A DNA stretch of 35,932 nt from Pseudovirgaria hyperparasitica (lineage: Eukaryota). The stretch's first letter is position 1. Each line of letters begins with the position of its first letter. Position numbers and translations under genes: made by a program. The notes below the pieces were generated by a model. It saw only the letters and a list, made by a program, of their open reading frames with translations. It had not been told where the DNA came from and did not search any database. Positions 11,001 through 24,495 of this stretch are shown one piece after another. Location of the stretch: assembly GCA_010093815.1 (NCBI GenBank), contig ML996582.1; one strand, given 5' to 3'.

Positions 11001-14000
11001 TCGTCCTTAACCTCGATTGTCTTTTCCCGCCTGAAATCGTCCTTCCCAGATGAGTTTATGACTGCAAACTTGCTTTGTTTAAATGGTGTGTCTTGCATAT
11101 AAACGTTGATTAGCAAGAGGTGCGAGAGCTCTACTACATGGACGGGGCTAACACCGCCATTTCGGAGGAAGTTGGCCCAGTCTTTCTTCGTATTGTCATC
11201 GTAGATGCGGTATTTGAAATCGTATGGAAGTAGGTTCTGGACTTCTACGGGAGCATGTAGGCGAATTCGCATGTACGGATAAATACTGTTTCATGTCAGC
11301 TTCATCTTTCGATGAAAGTAGTGAAGCATACCTTGTGAGGGGGTCTCTTTTGTCGAATTGCGCATATGACTGGAAAAAGAATGGAGGGCTACTTTGATCA
11401 GAATCTCCTTTGCAAGTGATTGTCCTGTTGGGCCGCTTCAACGAGTCTTGCCAGAACAGTCTTTCGTTACTCCAAGCATATCCGAAACCTTGGTCAGGTC
11501 TTATTATGATACTATGCATATAAGCAGCGCCAACAGGGGCTGGCCTTGCATCGCCTGGCGCAATTTTCTCAATTTTGAGAATATGTCCTTCTTCGGGGTT
11601 GTAGATGCCGATCTCGATAGGGATCTGAGTGTTGTTCTCCACAAGGAGTGGCGATCTGAATGTAATGTATTTGACGTTGTCCGTTCCGAGCTTGACCTCT
11701 ACCAAGAGGCGATGTTGCACACGATCTTTACGAGGTTTCAAATTATAAAGATTTTCACCTTCACGGCTAACTTGAATGCGCGTGACGCTGTCGAATCCAC
11801 TACCTTCAAGCTTGACACCAAGTATACCCAGAGCCCCTTCTGGCGACAGTGTTTCTCTCGTAGTCGTAGGATCTTCAAAGCGCCAGGGTCTTTCTTCGCC
11901 ATCGTCAAGCTTGGCTGCCGGGCCCTCCTCGTTGTCTTTGCTATCTGCCCACACATTGATGTCAAAACCAGTATAGTTTCTGATTCGGTATGGTGCATCC
12001 ATGCCTCGGGGTTTCGAAAGGACATCTTCTTCTGTCGAAAGGAAATCCGCGGATTTGCTCGCAAGAGCTATAGTAGCCGTTGTGATAGACAGCTCCAGGG
12101 CTTTACGGGAGAACAGCTCCACGCCAAGCTTGTCAGGGCTCTGTTCCTTAGACATGTGGAAACCCACAGACCATGGCTCTATCAACGGTTCCCAGGCTGA
12201 TTTTGAGAAGTTGTAGATATTAAAAAGCGTGTCAATATTGGTGTCCGCAGTCATAGCTGCAGACCAGTCTCGGACATCTACATTGAACTTGTGGACCCGC
12301 CAATCCAGCATTGGCAACTCATGCGCGTCGCCAATGAGGACAACTCGCAAGCCCTCGAACGAAACTTTCATTTCCTCGCGCTTCATTACCGTAGAAGCCT
12401 TCTGCTGTTTAGTGGTAATTGCAGAAACTCGGTCTGTCTTCTTGCCGGTCTTGATGGAAGTCGCAGATTTCCCTCTAGCATGCGTAGATGTTGCCTTCTT
12501 ATGACTTGACTTCGATCTACTAGTAGAGTCATTGGCTTTGACTTGTTTCAAATTTTTCGGTCCATCATCCACCGTTTGTTGGTCCGGGGTCTGCATAGCA
12601 GAAGCACGATTGAATATCTGCATAGCCAGTAAAATGTCTCGCAGTGATAGTCGCAAAATGAGAGGTTCGACATCGACGTGAATACTCGTGAGCGAAGAAT
12701 CCTCCCCTTGCGAACGCATATCTAGGGAGGTCGTAACACTAAAATCATCGAGGATCCTAAGCCTTGTGGAGTCGAATTTGTCCATGCGACATAAGAACAT
12801 ACCAACCTTTTCAACCTGAAGAGTGGTAGAGTTCTGTTTCGAGACCAATACTTGCTTAGTGCCCAGTACGATAGCCTCGGAATTGTTGATCGCCGGATTA
12901 GCAAGGAGGATGATCTGCGCATCCACTAAGTTGACACGGAAAGAGATAGTCATTCCGTCTGGTTCTTTTTCGTCTCGGGTCTCCGCTTTGCCGTCTTTCT
13001 TGATGGAGGAGAGGGCGCCCGACTGTACGCTGACGGTACTCTCACTTTCTATATCCTCATCCTGGTCCTCAATGTGGAGGATATCGTCCGTCATCAAGCC
13101 TGCGCTCACAAAGCCCTGAAGAGCAAAGAGATAGTCAAGAGCGAGAATGACACGAGGACTATCGATCGTCAAAATTGCTATGAGATGTTTGTCCTCATTC
13201 CCTGAAATGGACAAGCTGGCCATGAACTGTTGCTTCACTTCTGTGTTGGTCAAAGACATAATCTTACGGAATTTATTCGTTGTCTGAGAGCGACTGTCGC
13301 GGATCGAGAAAGACTGGATCAGGAGTTCAGCCTCCAGGGAACCATCACTCATCATCCGCGTCTTGATGTTCGTGTCACTGAGCGAGAACTTAGAAAGACT
13401 GGCACTCTCGAGATCGCCCACAGGCTCTACCGTCCTGGCTTGTATAAGCTCTAAACCAACGGCACCAATCTTGAAAATAAGATCAAGCTTTGCCCATTTG
13501 TCTTCCTCGCTCTTGCCTAATTCAGATACCTGTTTCGTTGTAATGTTTTTAGACTTCGGTGTGGTCTCTTCATATTCTGCGATTCGACGCGAAGGGCGCA
13601 ACGCGGATTCTTCCAGCTCGTCCATAGCCTGACCTTCCAGCTCTTCTGCTGGCTCTGTAGCGAAAGCTTCTGGGATAGACCTCGAGAGCTCGAGAGCAAG
13701 TTTCAATTGTTCTTGAGTGAGACGCAAATTAATATCAGACATATTTCCTTCAATCTCCACATCTGGGCGCTTGTATCCTTGTTTATGCTCAACCAATGTG
13801 ATATTAAAGTCAAGATTCACTTTGTCAATGAGCTCAAGTTCTTCCACTTGATCATTGTCGTAGTGCAAATTCGACGTCAGCTTAATGTTGCGCACGCCAG
13901 CTGTCAACTTGTTCGCAAAGTCGGACATCTTTGAGTCGTCTAGAGGGACAAATTTATTGTTTGCATATATCTCACCAAGGTTCGCCGTCAATGTATCTCT

Positions 14001-17000
14001 TTCAGGTTTCTCAGTGATGACCATACGTGGAAAGACGACGATAGGCGTTCGGATTATAATATCGAAGTGCATCTTACCAGCACTTTCTTGAATCTGGTTT
14101 GCCTGATTTGCCGCAGCCTGGCGTGCTGCATTAAAGATGGCTTGCATCTTGCCGAATTTGACACCGAACTCCATAATTTTTCGGAAAGGCTCTGTCAAGA
14201 AGTTAACCTTTAATGAGCCGGACCTTAGATATATTGACGAGTCATAACCAGGGTAGTTGTCCGTGTTTGCATCGAACGTCTCGTATGAGAAGTCAGCGAG
14301 CTCTTTGCCCTGAATCGTAACCAGCTGGCGTAGTGACGACTGTTCAGAAACCCCCTGATTGACATCGTCAATCAGCGAAAGGTTGCCAAGCTTAGCATCG
14401 ACGCGCATAGCTTTTCCTGCCAGGAAGACTCCAACATCCGCAGCATTGAGACTGAGTGTAGCTAGCCGAATGCCGTCATTATTCAGTATCAATGCTATTC
14501 TCTTGAGTCTAGCTTTGATGCGGATCTTGTCAGGTTCTTGTGATTCAGGTCCCTTCTTGTCTTCCTTCATTGGGCCGTCTGGCGAGTCCTCCACAGATTT
14601 GTCCTGAGCTACGAGACTGGAGTTCGTGAACGTGACAAGGACAAAGTCTAAGAGAGTCAAGAGCGTTTTTCGAGTTACAATTAGATTGATCGTCGATACC
14701 ATGACGTCTAGATTCATTGCCACACCCTGGTATAACTCATTAAATTCTGGTGAGTCTTCGTTGACTCTAATGAACTTTAGCTGAAACAGATCCTTTTGGA
14801 GGGCCGTATCAGTATCCTCTGAGGAAATGAGATTTCTAAACTCAGGCAACGGGTTTTCTTCGACATGATCCTGTACCGCAAGAGTCTTAAGACTAACTTC
14901 TGCGACCATACTGAACTCTTCTTGGTAGAAGTCTAAGTTAAAGCCTTGCGCAACTAGTTCCACGAGAAGCTCGTCAGGCTTCTTACCGTCAGGGTCGGAT
15001 CGATAGAGAGAACCTTGTAACTTGTCGACAGTGAATTTGAATTCAAAGTTACGTTGATGAATGTTTCTTTCCGGAGCAGCCTTCTTGTCTGAAGCATCTT
15101 GAAAATCATCCTGCTCAGATTCGCTTCCTTCTTCACCGACTAGAATCTCCTTTCTCTGCGAGGTCTTGGTGAAAGACTTTGCACGAGTCCTACCTACCGA
15201 TGACCCGTTGCGTTCTCTAATTTCAATCAGAGGATCAAGGTTCGATGGTCCTGTGGTCTCGTTCTGCAACTGCTTAACATTTTCATTCTCGTCGAACCTA
15301 GGAATTGCAACATCAATGAGGCGCATCAAGCTTTTGTACTTTGAATCCGAGACTGAGGCATGGAGAACCGGTAGATTACCGGAGATGCGAAATTTAGTCA
15401 AGTCCGCTGCCCTTTGGATGATGCAGGTCTCGATTGTGAAATCCATATTAATACGGTCAACGAGGTGTAGACTCTTTGAAGTTGATTTTTCATCAAGTTG
15501 TGACTTTGTTTCCTCAATCGAGGTGCCGATCAGAACCTGAGTTGATTCAAGCTTCAGTATGAACTTGTCGTACATAAGACCTTCAAGTTGTTTGAAGTCT
15601 GCCTCCGTATACTGCTTGCTATGTTTGTTCTGAATATCTCGAATGGTCGATTTATCGACGAGGTCGCTACTGACGCTCACATGACCTGCATCTATGATTA
15701 GACAGATAGTACTGCTGTCCGTCACCGAGTCTGGTATGATAATAAGAGGAGCTTGTAGATCGAGCTGCGTGTTGATAGTCTTATGTTCTTCAAGAGCAAA
15801 CTCTAATCCGGCACGAGTCTGCTGCCGAATGCCTTCCACGGTAGCACCCGCGGTCTCCATTAGAGCACCAATCGACTCCATGTGACGCTCAGGGGGTTTG
15901 AAGAATTTGGCGACTTCGGCGATGAATTTAGGATTGTAGACAATCTCCATGCCCTTTAATCTCACGTTTAGCGCAGTATCGGCGCTTCCGTCTAGCGGGT
16001 TCTTCTCGAATGCAACTTGGAAGAACGGATCGCCGTCCTCAGCTCTGTCGTCTTCATCATGATCTCCCTTCAATCGTGGTTCCGTCTCATCATCGTTCAA
16101 TTCTCGAATCCGATCCTCATCAGCGACAGGAGCGACACCTTTGACGATGATTATCTGCTCAAACAGACTTCCATCAGTCGTACCGTCGTATAAGCGCATA
16201 CCATCAAGGCTCAATTCTATCAACATAGAATCCGTGCGCTGTAATGCTTTTGTGCTGAAATTATCAAATAAGAGTCGTAGTATGTTGTTGGGCTTGCCAC
16301 ATCTACCATGTGGATCCCGTCTAAGAGTGAAACTTCCTGTCCGCAAACTCATCTCGACTTGCATTTTCACGTATTCTCTCGGCATATCAATAGCGTCCGA
16401 CAGCTGCTGCTGTTCATCCCAATCAATCGCATCGTACAGCTTTTTGCGATCCTCTTCTGTGATATCTGTCTCTTCCTCTTGATTCTGTGGTTTACTACCC
16501 CATATCCACGCACCCCAGGACTGGGTTTCCTTATGTTTGGGCACACCGATATTCTCTTTGCGAAGCTGGTTCCGGGCTAGCGAGCGCCAGAACCGGAGGT
16601 CTTCATAAGATAACTTGCGTTCAAGTGCATCCATTTCCTTTGCTTCATCGGGTGTGAGCTTCTCCTCCTTCTTTTTCTTTTTGAAAAGGGCAATATAGCG
16701 GAGTCGGTCATCTCTCCTTTCCCGGAAATAATCCCAAGACCACTTCCGGTTGCGGTCATGGATTTTGTCCAAGACAGCTTTTCCAGCGAATTGTAGCCAT
16801 GCGAGTGGATCTTCTGCCGGTCTTGATTTGGGTTCAAACTTCTTGTACTCTTGATGTCTGATGAAGTAGTGAAAGAGCTCAACTAACATCAGCGCATCGC
16901 GGTATTGATCCTCGTCGATAATGAAACCGAGTTCGTCAAACAACAATCGCGCCTTTACTTTCGGCTTACCAGGCTTCCCAGTCTTATCTATCTCAAGTCC

Positions 17001-17819
17001 AGCACGACCGCTGACAGGCTTGAGGATAAATTGATGTTCTGCGAGATCTGGGCTGTCGCCTCGTACAATCATCTGTTTCGCCTTCTTGATAAATTCTTCT
17101 CTATCTAGCCCTTGCTCTTCATCTCTGATCTGCTCTCCTTTTCCAGTACCCATAAGAGATGCATCAGTATCCCAATATACCGCGAGGGAGCCCAATGTTG
17201 CAAGTTTATGAGACGAAGCTGAACTACCTTGAATGAACGTAGGTTTCCAGTCCCCATCAGTGCTGACAGCGCTAAATTCTTCAAGAGTGATACCGAGAGC
17301 GAATGCGTGGCCAGGATGAGATATTGCGTCTTCGTATCTGATGTGGATGTTCTTAACGCTGACTTGTAAATTGTCAACGATTGTGGTGACCAAGCTTGCA
17401 GTGAAGCTCTGGTTCTTCTTTTGCTCCTCTGCGCTCATGCCTTCCGTATTTCTCTCTTTCAGGAGTTCAGCAGAATCAAGCTTCTCCATCTTGACAGCAT
17501 GTGCTCTGGTCTCTTCCTCTTCTGCATCGTATTCTGCATCCTCTTTTGGTGCTGCCAGTAGGAAAACATCCTCTATACTGACATGCACTGGGCTTCCTCT
17601 GAGATTCGACCAGGGTATTCGGAGTGTGAGTTGGCCAAGATGGCCTTGGACTACGTTGAGGGGTAGATGAAGTTGGTCGAGAGCTTCTCGTCGCAGTTCC
17701 AGATTTCGAAGCTTCACATCTCCAGACCATATTCCGACATTGAGTTGTTTAGGATCAAAATTCTTGACATACATGCCAAGAAACCTGTTTAGCAGGTTCG
17801 CGACTAGGCCCTCGAGCAT
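8066..17819 (-). CDS. VPS13: Vacuolar protein sorting 13, bridge-like lipid transfer protein, about 3235 aa, 2 exons
   Basis: Chorein N-terminus MLEGLVANLLNRFLGMYVKNFDPKQLNVGIWSGDVKL; C-terminal region HIVLGSADFLGNPVGLF...GVGKGVLGLATKP and PH-like end. Exons 17819-11332 and 11285-8066; a 46-nt intron at 11331-11286 (GTATGC...GCTGAC...CAG) joins the 2207-aa and 1068-aa ORFs in frame (DPLTS/IYPYMRIRL). Confidence 0.97.
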
Positions 17820-18466
17820 GATGCAATGTGATGGCCGTGACCCAGGCGGGGGACTAGAGTTGGGTTGGTTCTATGAGTGCGCGTGAGGGTTAAGCACGGT
17901 CAACGTGATATAGGTGTCATAGTCGAGCTTCGGCAAGAAAGCTGTTGAGGGATCGCGAAGTTTGACAGGATATGGTGAGATGCAACACAGTCTGTCAACG
18001 CAAGGACAAAGCGGATATCACATAAAGTCTGCACGGAATGAGTGAAGAGAACGGATGAGTGCTGTCTGGTATGCTACGCGTGAGACTGCGTATCAAGCAG
18101 GTAGTAGGATGTATGCACGGAAGCCTGGTCATGAGAAGGTGCGATGTCTTTACCCGCAAAGGGAAAAGCTAGAGCTAGAGTTGATCGAGATCCCGCTCGG
18201 GCAGGCTGGCACCGTGCAAGCACCATGATGACGTTGCGTGGCGTTGGCCCTCCGGAAAGCTGACCATTAAATTTTAGGCGAGTGTCACGTGCAGTCCTGT
18301 ACGTACAGTGCCGTACTGTTGAAAACCACAAAGCTCAACATCGTCTTCATATCTTACTTTACGAACAATCAAAACTTCATACACCATCGAGCATCCCCCT
18401 CCTAGTAACGATAGCTCTCGATTACCGTCTCTCACGACGTCCCATCTCATACCGAGACCTCTCAAC

Positions 18467-18982
18467 ATGGGCTGGTGGTGGCGCTCCGACCCAGAAGCAC
18501 CTATCAAGCCCTCAAATCACAGCGCACTCGCCGCAGCATGCGAAGTCGCCGACATGACCAGCCCCAACGTATCCACACTGCGACAACAGCCCGACCTCCT
18601 CCCTACCCAACCCGATGTACCAAACCGCAGTCCCCCTGACAGCTCGCTTTATCCATCCACGATGTCCTGTCGCGATGCATTCGACGCCGCGTACTACTGT
18701 GCGTCATTCGGAGGCAAGTTCAACGACATATACCGCTACGGCGAGCTGCGGTCGTGTAGCGAGCACTGGGGCCAATGGCGGTTTTGTATGCGACTGAAAG
18801 TGCTGCAGCCACAAGAGAGAGAGCAGCGGGTCAGGGAATTCTACAGAGAGAAAGAGGCGCATACGAGGGTTGGGAGAAATAGCGAAGAGGTGTGGAAGAG
18901 GAGGACGGATATACCCGAGAGGTACATGTGGAAGAATCCGGATACGATGGAGCCGATTGAGGGGTTGGAGGAGAAAGCTTGA
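18467..18982 (+). CDS. EMI1: Early meiotic induction protein 1-like, twin CX9C protein (171 aa)
   Basis: MSCRDAFDAAYYCASFGGKFNDIYRYGELRSCSEHWGQWRFC contains two CX9C motifs and the YRYG signature, followed by NSEEVWKRR; N-terminal MGWWW. Single exon. Confidence 0.85.
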   Translation: MGWWWRSDPEAPIKPSNHSALAAACEVADMTSPNVSTLRQQPDLLPTQPDVPNRSPPDSSLYPSTMSCRDAFDAAYYCASFGGKFNDIYRYGELRSCSEHWGQWRFCMRLKVLQPQEREQRVREFYREKEAHTRVGRNSEEVWKRRTDIPERYMWKNPDTMEPIEGLEEKA

Positions 18983-19692
18983 GAAGAAAAATAGACAGGA
19001 ATCAAATATATATATATACAACAATCGAGGAATACGTAGGTATCAGCTGTGTAATACATGTACTATACATATATGTATCCTCAATGGTGCATGTCCCGTT
19101 TTCAACCCGTTAGTCCGGAGGAGCGAGAGTCGGAACTGCTGTTGTGCTTCGTCGGTCTAACATGTCGTCCAAGTTCATGTATCTTCGAAAACGCTACTTC
19201 TGTAATGATTTTGAAATACATCTACTTGTTTTATTGCGATGCGAGAAGTTGACTTTATAGGAGCATGTAGCTCTAGGGCATATAGCATTCCAGCTGTGTA
19301 GAGGTCCAACGCCGTTGATTGATACTTCTTCAAGTGTCTAGTGGTCATCTGTTACGGAATTCGTGTTCTTGATCAGCTAGCTTGTATCAACGCTTGTCGG
19401 ACCTAGCCGTTGGAAAGATTTTTCTTTAAGCTGGGTAAATATCGACGGAGCGCCATAGTAAGACATGTGGAGAACAATTTCTTAAGTATTGATTATGGAA
19501 GACATAAGCCTTGTCTTATTCTACGAACTTTTGCCGTCCGAATGATTATATCTCATTTCATAACAAAGGAGACCCACGCTACATGAACAGCCGTAAGAAG
19601 CTCATCTTCAGGCGTGAGCTCCAGCAAATAACTCCTGTCCACCCAAAGGATCTATGCAGGAAGAAGATGACGCCAAGGAAAGGATGAGACAT

Positions 19693-21710
19693 TTAGTCGA
19701 CCTCCTCGACGGTAGGACCATCATCGCCACCGCCAGGAGCGCCACCAGCACCGGCACCAGGGAATCCACCACCGGGCATACCACCACCAGGCATACCACC
19801 GGGCATACCACCCTCACCACCAGCGCCGTAGAACTTCATCATGATAGGGTTGGCAACACCTTCAAGCTCCTTCTGCTGGGACTCGTACTCGTCCTTGGTA
19901 GCTTGCTGATTGTCGTCAAGCCACTGGACAGTCTTGTCGATCTCAGCCTTAAGTTTCTCCTTATCACCAGCTTCAAGCTTCTCATCGACCTTGGAGTCAG
20001 AGAGGGTATTCCTCAAACTGTATGCGTAAGACTCGAGGGCGTTCTTCGCAGAAATGCGGGAAGCTTCAGCCTCATCTTCAGCTTTGTACTTCTCGGCCTC
20101 GGCCAACATCCTCTCGATGTCCTCCTTGGATAGACGACCCTTGTCATTGGTGATGACGATCTTATTAGTCTTGCCGGTACCCTTTTCGAGAGCAGAGACG
20201 TTCATGATACCGTTGGCATCAACGTCAAACGTAACCTCGATTTGGGGTACACCACGGGGGGCAGGCGGAATGCCAGAGAGTTCGAACTTTCCAAGGAGAT
20301 TGTTATCCTTCGTGCGGGCACGCTCACCTTCATAGACTTGGATAAGCACGCCAGGCTGGTTATCGGAGAAGGTAGAGAACACTTCGGATTTCTTCGTTGG
20401 GATGGTCGTGTTGCGCTTGATCAGAGCAGTCATCACTCCTCCGGCGGTTTCGATACCAACGGAAAGAGGAGCAACGTCGAGCAACAAAATCTCATTAGTT
20501 GACTTGGAAGAGGTGTCACCGGAGAGGATAGCAGCTTGTACAGCGGCACCGTAGGCAACGGCTTCGTCGGGGTTGATGGACTTATTTGGCTCCTTGCCGT
20601 TGAAGAAATCGGACACCATCTTCTGAACCTTGGGGATACGAGTAGAGCCACCGACGAGAACAATTTCGTGGACGGAGGACTTGTCAATCTTCGCGTCGCG
20701 GAGGACACGCTCGACTGGCTCCATGGTGGACCGGAAAAGATCCTGGCACAGCTCTTCAAAGCGGGCACGAGTTATAGACGTGTAGAAGTCAATGCCCTCG
20801 AACAGCGAATCGATTTCAATTGAGGTCTGAGCTGATGAGGAGAGGGTACGCTTAGCACGCTCGCAGGCGGTGCGAAGTCGTCGAAGGGCGCGCGCATTGG
20901 AAGTTAGATCCTTCTTGTGCTTTCGCTGTATTGTGAATTAGCGACCTGACCTAAATCAATGGTTGCGGGGTTGCTTACCTTGAAATCGGCAACGAAGTGG
21001 TTTACAAGTCTGTTGTCAAAGTCCTCACCACCTAAGTGAGTATCGCCAGCGGTAGACTTGACCTCGAAAATTCCCTCCTCAATGCTAAGCAGTGACACAT
21101 CGAAGGTGCCACCACCTAGGTCAAAAATGAGGACATTTCGTTCTCCGGTCTGTTTCTTATCAAGACCGTAGGCGATGGCGGCTGCGGTGGGCTCGTTGAT
21201 GATACGGAGGACGTTCAGTCCTGAGATGAGTCCGGCATCCTTGGTAGCTTGACGTTGAGAATCGTTGAAGTAAGCTGGAACTGTAACAACAGCGTTGTTG
21301 ACGGTACAACCCAGGTAAGATTCAGCGGTTTCGCGCATCTTGGTAAGAATCATCGACGAGATTTCCTCGGGGGTGAATGTCTTCTCCTCGCCCTTGAACT
21401 CGACACCGATGACTGGCTTGCCACCTTTATCGAGGACCTTGAAGGGAAAATGCTTCATGTCGGCCTGAACCTCAGGGTCGGCAAACTTGCGTCCGATAAG
21501 ACGCTTGGCGTCAAAGACTGTGTTTGAAGGGTTCATAGCGACTTGATTCTTGGCAGAGTCACCAATCAGACGCTCGGTATCTGTGAAGGCGACGAAGGAC
21601 GGGGTTGTTCTGTTTCCCTGATCGTTGGCGATGATCTCAATGCGGTCATCTCTGAAGATGCCTACGCAAGAGTAGGTTGTTCCCAAATCAATACCGATCG
21701 CGGGAGCCAT
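19693..21710 (-). CDS. HSP70: Cytosolic heat shock protein 70 (Ssa-type), about 654 aa, 2 exons
   Basis: [21 protein letters not shown] and [11 protein letters not shown] signatures; GGMP repeats and terminal GPTVEEVD indicate the cytosolic class. Exons 21710-20979 and 20925-19693; intron 20978-20926 (GTAAGC...GCTAAT...CAG) gives [23 protein letters not shown]. Confidence 0.98.
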
Positions 21711-21896
21711 GATGTGCAGATGTTATGAGATGTATGAAAAGGTCGGATGGGGTATCAAAGACGCAACGTGTATATTTGATATAGTCCCTCGTATGGCTGG
21801 CAAGAGGCAGAAATTTGGGGAGATTGGAAGTGTGGAAGCAAGTGTGGTGGTGGCAGGTGGGCGTCGTGGATTTTGTATGAATTTTTGAACGGACAC

Positions 21897-21921
21897 AGAA
21901 CATGCTGGAAGCTGATCGAAA
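21897..21921 (-). promoter_or_regulatory. Candidate step-type heat shock element upstream of HSP70
   Basis: GAA at 21898-21900, 21908-21910 and 21918-21920 (exact 10-bp period, GAAn7GAAn7GAA), about 190-210 bp upstream of the HSP70 ATG. Further two-unit GAAnnTTC sites at 22165, 22288 and 22373. Confidence 0.55.
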
Positions 21922-22210
21922 CCTCAACAACCCACCAGACTTGTCCAGAATGTACCCCCAGCAACGCTGCCATGCTACCTTGTTCGCCACGGACTAACAT
22001 TCACATACTAGGTAGCTTCTACACACTTTCAGAACCCTCGGAGTCATACATACTTTTCAATCAGACGGCAACCAGCCCAGTCAAACCAGAAAATGCATTC
22101 TTTCAGGCGCTGTCGTGGATGCCATTCTGTCCCCGCGCTTAACCCTTTTCAGCGTTGTCGAAAAGAAAATTCCTAGTGGGGCTCTTGACATCATGCCCAG
22201 ATAGATGTCA

Positions 22211-22255
22211 GCCTGACTGGAGCCTGACTGGCGCCTGAGCCCGTCTGAGCCTGAC
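22211..22255. repeat. Short imperfect tandem repeat of GCCTGA-containing units in the HSP70 upstream region
   Basis: gcctgactgga gcctgactggc gcctgagcccg tctgagcctgac. Confidence 0.5.
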
Positions 22256-24495
22256 CCAGAGCCAGGCATCAATTAAATAAGCGACTGGAAGCTTCGCGTT
22301 GCAGCTGGGCGCGTGATTAACAGCGGAGATTGATGTCGCCAAACGTGCACTGGTCAAGAAATGAACACTTAGGAAATTTCTGCGACTGTCGCCGTCATTC
22401 TGACTAACGACGCAGATCAAAATCACCGCCTCTGAGAGCTGTGAATCATCGTCAAATCAACAAATCACTTCTAGGTCGAACGCTGTTCATGTAGACTGAG
22501 TCAGACTGCATGTGATAGTCTTACTTGCTGTCTCTTCTACGCAGTGCTAAGAACGTTGCTATGCTTCACAAGGTTGTGGCTTCTCGAGCGAAAATGTTTC
22601 CATATCTTCATTCTGAAGACTATAAGCAAACATGCCTAGATCAGTATTAATGGCACTGGAAGCCTCGATCTCTAGTGAACATCAATTTAGACATGAAACG
22701 ACTGCCAAGCATATCGCAGACGACACACTCACAATCTTCACGGACACTCTATCAACGGGACAGGCACATCTATAGACAATAGGTGCAACCAGTCATGTAC
22801 TTTGGAAAGAAAAGTAGAACGCCACGGTCCAATCATTTGCCCGTGGCGCCAAATGAAGTCCACTTGATGACACAGCTATCATCGCTTCGTCTCGTTGCGT
22901 GTGTCGCATTCCTCGCGTAGGCACGTAAATCGCCAAAGTGTCATACAAAGTACGAAGTGATTATCGCTGGAAACCAGTCAGGACTGCACACAAAGTAAGG
23001 CTGATGAATCGGATGAGTTTTCCGCCGTTGAACTTTAACCACTCTTCTATGGCGCGCCCTCTTGAACGCTCACTTCCAGTGCAGAGGTCATCTTTGCACT
23101 CTTTTGTAGGCCAGATTAAAATGATAGCCATAGTAATAAGATAGAGCTCTGCTTTGCAACGATTGGAAGTTCAAACTGATTGGTGTAGACCACATACTGA
23201 TACACAATCTGAAGTATACCCTCTCATCTGATAGCATGACATGTACTGTCATGTGTAAAGTAATAGGCATGGTCAGGCATGTCTATTGCCTAGGATGAAA
23301 TATAGATTTTGTCGAATATTGAGGAACAGGAACATCTCCTCGCGACGCGCTAGAGACTACTAGCTTTATCGTCGGGGTTTATAATACATAATGATTATCA
23401 TGATGATCTCGTTTTTTGTAGAGCTGAGCTGGCCCGTTTGAATAGGAGAAGGAATCCGTTGAGGTAGAGATGTCAGGAGTCGGGCTAAGAGCTCACACTT
23501 TGGTGAAAGATGGAAGCGCGAGACTGAGGAATAGCACATACACCGACCGAACGGTCCCTGAGTGTGGTTCAGAAAGCGTTTTGGTGCTATGGATGATAAG
23601 TATCTCAAGGTCCAGCTCGGCACGTTGAGGAAGAGAGGCTATAACAACGGATTTGGATCATAATTTATAGCAACTTCTCACGGTGACGAGTGACGTGAGC
23701 GTAACGTGGGTAGCACTCACTTTCGGTAGACGCGCTTTACATCAGACCCATTGTACATGCTAGACTCTCGTCCGGCACAAGGTAAGGTGGTGATTCGTCG
23801 GGTTTGCTAGGCATGATAGGATCAGTCCATTCACGAAATGAGTCCAGACGTGTCATGCAGGTGGTCACGATACGTCAATTATGGCCGTGATCAGATACCC
23901 TTGATATCTTTGGGGGCGCGATCAGGAGGAGATGAGGTAATTCCAGACAAATGCGCATCTCAATGAGTTGAAATAAATACATGGCGGAGAACCAGTCGGG
24001 GGACTTGAAGGAAGTAATGCCAAATTGACGGTCATGCAGCGGCAGAAGCTGACATATGCACCTTACAATCGTCCGCGGGCTTCTTTGTGGTCTATCCCGC
24101 GCTAGACTTCGCGCTTCCGACTTGGCCAACCAATAAGACGTCCGCGTGCCTGGATTAGGCTAGGTAAGATCGCTCTTCTCTCGCGTTTTCCTGCGTCCTT
24201 CCTCCCTTTCAGAATTCACTCGTCAATCTGCCATTTCACGACCACGCACCCGCACAAAGATCATGTATTGCGCTCTCTTCCCACTCTGACGCCCTGCTTA
24301 ATCCTTTCGCTCTCTCTTAGTCGGTGCTGTGTGGTCTTTTTGGTCTCCTCCAACGCTCTGCCTCTGTGCTACAGTGCCTCACACTCCTTTGGAACCCTGT
24401 AGCGACCCAACCTCGACTACTCCACACCCATCTCCACCTTCCACTTACGACCACAAGGCTATTCACACTCTTAGCATCTGCCTGCGATACATACA

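Noticed and set aside
11196..11331. VPS13 appearing as two overlapping ORFs (frameshift or split gene)
   Set aside because: A canonical 46-nt intron (11331-11286) joins them in frame; the tail of the 2207-aa ORF is intron read-through.
8160..17730. Numerous short ORFs inside or antisense to VPS13, including the 268-aa 11394-12200
   Set aside because: Alternate-frame or antisense shadows of a long CDS; no recognisable motifs.
19654..21527. Long + strand ORFs antisense to HSP70 (19654-20133, 20242-20502, 20536-20823, 21249-21527)
   Set aside because: Known shadow of biased HSP70 codon usage (spurious antisense 'NAD-GDH'-like ORFs); broken by stops and without independent signals.
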